A stretch of DNA of 64,000 nt. Origin: Antedon mediterranea (Eukaryota > Animalia > Echinodermata). The position numbers and the translations under genes were made by a program. The notes below the pieces were generated by a model. That model was not told the DNA's origin. It worked only from the letters and a program-made list of their open reading frames with translations, and ran no database searches. Of the stretch, positions 60,550 to 64,000 are shown piece by piece; position 1 is the stretch's first letter; each line of letters opens with the position of its first letter. The stretch lies in the NCBI RefSeq assembly GCF_964355755.1, contig NC_092671.1, positions 33,862,304 through 33,926,303 of the forward strand, given 5' to 3'.

Positions 60550-62410
60550 CCTGAACAGTACATGCTGACACAGTAACTCTTAAATAGATAACATTTAGTC
60601 TTAGTAGAACAATTTCCAAACTTTCTATTTAGAGAGTTGGCCCTAATGCAAATAGATCGATATTGACGTTTGATGTCACTTTCATCACTCAGGTTATTAC
60701 TGATCACATGACCAAGATAGGTTATTGAATTATCAACGATTAGAGGTGCCTCATTTAAGGTAATATGTGGAACACCTTTGAGGTTGCGGATTTTCGGGAA
60801 AAATAGCAAGCATTTGGATTTGGTTTCATTAAAAGTAATATCATGGTCACTAGCAAAACCTTCACAGAGTCCAATTAGGCTTTGTAAGCTAGTCACTGAC
60901 GGAGCCAAAAGGACCAAGTCATCAGCAAAGCTTAGGCAATTCAGTTTAAGACTGTTAATTTCACAACCTTCTTTTGACTTAGTCAGTTCAACAGTTAACG
61001 GATCAGTGTACACATTGTAAAGTAGAGGGGACATAACGCCTCCCTGGCGAACCCCATTACGAACAGTGAAAGAATCGGAAACGGAACTTCCACACCTGAC
61101 AACAAATTCCTGATTCCTATACCATGACCTCAGTATCTTAACTACAGGTGAAGGGGTGCCCCTGTCAATTAGGGTCTTAAAAAGTGTCCAGTGGTTTACT
61201 TTATCAAAGTCTTTGCTAGCGTCCAAGAAACAGCAATAAACTGGGCTACCATGATCGTTGTAATGCTCGATAATCTGTTTAAGAGCAAATATACACAATT
61301 CGGTTGAGTGACCAGATTTGAGGGCCAACTGGTTGTCATGGGAGTCCAGTGAATTACCACAATGTTGTATCATTACAGACTCTAGAAGTTTAGAAGCTAC
61401 ACATGCCAAAGCTATTGGCCGATAATTCCCTTTATCAGTGACATTCCCTGATTTAGATTTAATTACCGGCACAAGCGTGACTTTTGTGAGACTACTTGGA
61501 ACAAACCCGTGAACAAACATAGCCTTAAAACATACACTTAAAATAATACTAAGTCGCTCAGAAGCGAATTTGAAATGCTCATTGCATAGACCATCATAAA
61601 TATCGCAGCTTTAGCATTGGGCAATTTATCAATTAATAGCTTAATATTATGGGGTGAAACATCAATTTCACCGTCTGTACAGTTTTCAAGAGTTTTATTA
61701 ACAACAGTCTTATGCTCAGATGAGTCAATACTATTAAATAAATCGGAGAAATGTTGACGCCATAGGTCACAAATGTCATTTTCCCCCTTAGCACTACCAA
61801 TAATGTTAGACTGGGAATTGGCGTAGCTGAATTTCTTAACCTTACCCCAGAAACTATTATAGTCCTTATCGTCAAAAGACTTGGCCATCGAGTCCGCCCT
61901 TAGCATTTCTTCGTTGGATTTACACTTTCTGAGGGCATTTTGGAAATTAGATCTAGTGATTTCTATGTGTTCATAGATGTGGCCATATCTTACCCAACCC
62001 ACGCCACTTCAAAATGCTTCCCGGGCATGTTTATGAAATCTAGCTACTCGGTTATTCCACCCAGGGACAACATTGACTTTTTGATTTTTAGTCGACTTAA
62101 AACACCACTCAGAACTGGCTTTCAGACACTCAATAATATTGTCATATAAATCACTAATATCATTGCAATGGCATTCATCTTTAGGCCTACATGAGGAATC
62201 ATTACAAAGTATACCATCGCAATTGAGAGTAAGGTTACTAAGTAAGGATTCAGTTATCTCATTAAAATTGTTTATATCCTCCCTCTTAACATTATTCCAG
62301 TTAACTTTGATAATTTTTGAGGATTCATGCATATTTTCACCCTTGTCATTACAATCATCACAAATATCAATGCCTAAATAGTCAAACGAAATAGGAAAGT
62401 GATCAGAACA
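60550..62410 (-). mobile_element. RTE-X-like LINE fragment (end of APE, linker, RT), truncated at both ends
   Basis: SDHFPI, PGWN and FWGKV, plus RT motifs essentially the same as in the 43671-45069 copy. Frameshifted. Confidence 0.85.
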
Positions 62411-62412
62411 CA

Positions 62413-62616
62413 TCTATATATAAATTTACGTAAGGGCAAAATTCGGTAAATCGCGCCTTACTTTTAGAATTTTTACTCGATGGTATATGAAGTTGGTTCG
62501 TACTTTCGGTACTGATTTTAACCACCTGATGTAACCCTGTTTACTAATTAAATTAAGTTAGATAATTAGTTATTGACGATTAAAACGAATTTAGGTTCAA
62601 CGATTTGCCCCAAATA
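62413..62616 (+). mobile_element. Helitron 5' end, same family as 39611-40803
   Basis: A|TCTATATATAAATTTACGTAAGGGCAAAATTC..., matching the reverse complement of ~40605-40803. The 3' end was not identified. Confidence 0.75.
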
Positions 62617-64000
62617 GCACCCGATTCTGTAGCTGTTAGTACATTCAACGTGGAAGACTATTGACAGTCTACCAGAGACCTATCTGACTGTATTAAGTAC
62701 TTTTAATACACGATATCGCTGTCATTAGGTTCCTATCTGGAGACAATTTGTAACGTTATAGGCTATATCCAATATAAAATCCACTCGGCAACCAGAATAG
62801 TATAGTAGCACAGGTTATGGTATTGCCATGCAAGAAAGGCCTAGGCCTAGTCAATTATTGTACGAATTACGTAATTAGTTTAGTAGCTCATCTACCTTTT
62901 TAGCAGGGCATAATGAATATCGTAGCTAGGCTAGGCCTACTAGCGTGAAATCAACCAATTATTTGGGTGGTATGAGGGGGTGGGTAGAAAGTTAAGTACG
63001 AGTTGCCATGGGTACGAGTCGACCAGGGTACACCCACTAGCCCCACTACTAGAGCATAGGCTATAGTCCTGCGAGAATGGGAAATCTGGCCTAGATTGGC
63101 ATAGGCCTAGATTAGGTACGCCGCAAAAAAGCTATCCTATGAGCATAAAAAGGCCTCGTAGTAGAGCCAAAGGTGTTAGCCCACTACTACGGATCACTAA
63201 TTAATCTATCTAGGCCCGGGCTAGCTAGCATAGGCCTATAGAGTTAATTTTAAATTAAGTAGGCCTAGGCCTGGTTGGTTGGTTGCTGGGCTTCAGTAAT
63301 TTCGGTCGCATTTTCGGCCTACTTTTCAGGACATGTGAGAGGTGAGGTAGGTTAGCCCAGCTAGGCTAACCTAACCTGTAAGTAGTATTCTAGCCCATCC
63401 AAGATGCCTGATGGGTACGAGTTGGCAGCCATTGGTACGAGTGGACCCGTATTCTAGCTAGGGTGTCCTGGTCAACCCGTACCCAAACCAACCCGTATGT
63501 AATATAAATATACTTTTAATAGCATTAAACATGGGTACAGGCGCGCCAGCCCATGATGAGTACGAGCCAGCCCATGATGTGCAGGAGTGGGCCAACATTT
63601 TGGGTATGAGTAAACCAAAATTTGGGTACGTTGTTGGCATGGGTACGTGTTGACCTGTATCCTTCTAGCTAATCTTACTAGGCCTAGAGTAGAGTAGGTC
63701 TATGCTATACCCAGACCGGTTACAATAATGGTCTATTCATTCTGTTTATACTGTAGCTTTATTGATAGCTGGGTTGGGGCGGCTTTTTCTCATTCTAAAA
63801 CAGATTTCCTTATCATAATAAAATAATATATGAATTTAAATGTAATATTGTATACATAATATTAGTAATTGCAATTGCATTTATTATAATTATATATTAT
63901 ACGGTTACCCCTTAATTATACTATAGTATAATTTTCTTGTTATATTTTACAATATTTTCTTCATAGTTCAACAATTTTTTCTTTCACAGGAGAAATTATC

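Noticed and set aside
44200-62381. Short ORFs antisense to LINE or exon sequence (e.g. 44200-44442, 47770-48060, 53242-53424, 60778-61020, 62139-62381)
   Set aside because: They are shadow ORFs on the opposite strand of RT or lectin coding sequence.

Overview
AT-rich, intron-containing animal DNA. An echinoderm-like invertebrate is inferred from the HYR-rich gene and the repeat spectrum, but this is not proven. I assembled two minus-strand genes by hand from GT-AG splice sites and phase continuity. (1) A ~37-kb, 36-exon adhesion GPCR of ~1988 aa: signal peptide, 2 HYR, C-type lectin, 12 HYR, GAIN/GPS, secretin-like 7TM and an acidic tail. The last exons of a probable tandem paralog lie upstream at ~60 kb. 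(2) A gene invisible to the ORF track: a 78-aa secreted peptide precursor built mostly from 26-30-nt microexons (12250->7922), with PPxGLN repeats, two RxRR furin-type sites and a C-terminal Gly-Arg amidation signal. The rest is a dense transposon landscape: a young non-autonomous Gypsy-type LTR element whose empty site survives in a nearby duplicate, non-autonomous Helitrons, CACTA/EnSpm fragments, TTAA (Kolobok-like) and TAA/TA MITEs, and Tx1/L1, RTE-X and L2/CR1 LINEs. There are also minisatellites and a tRNA-like tandem/inverted repeat element set between (TA)n tracts.
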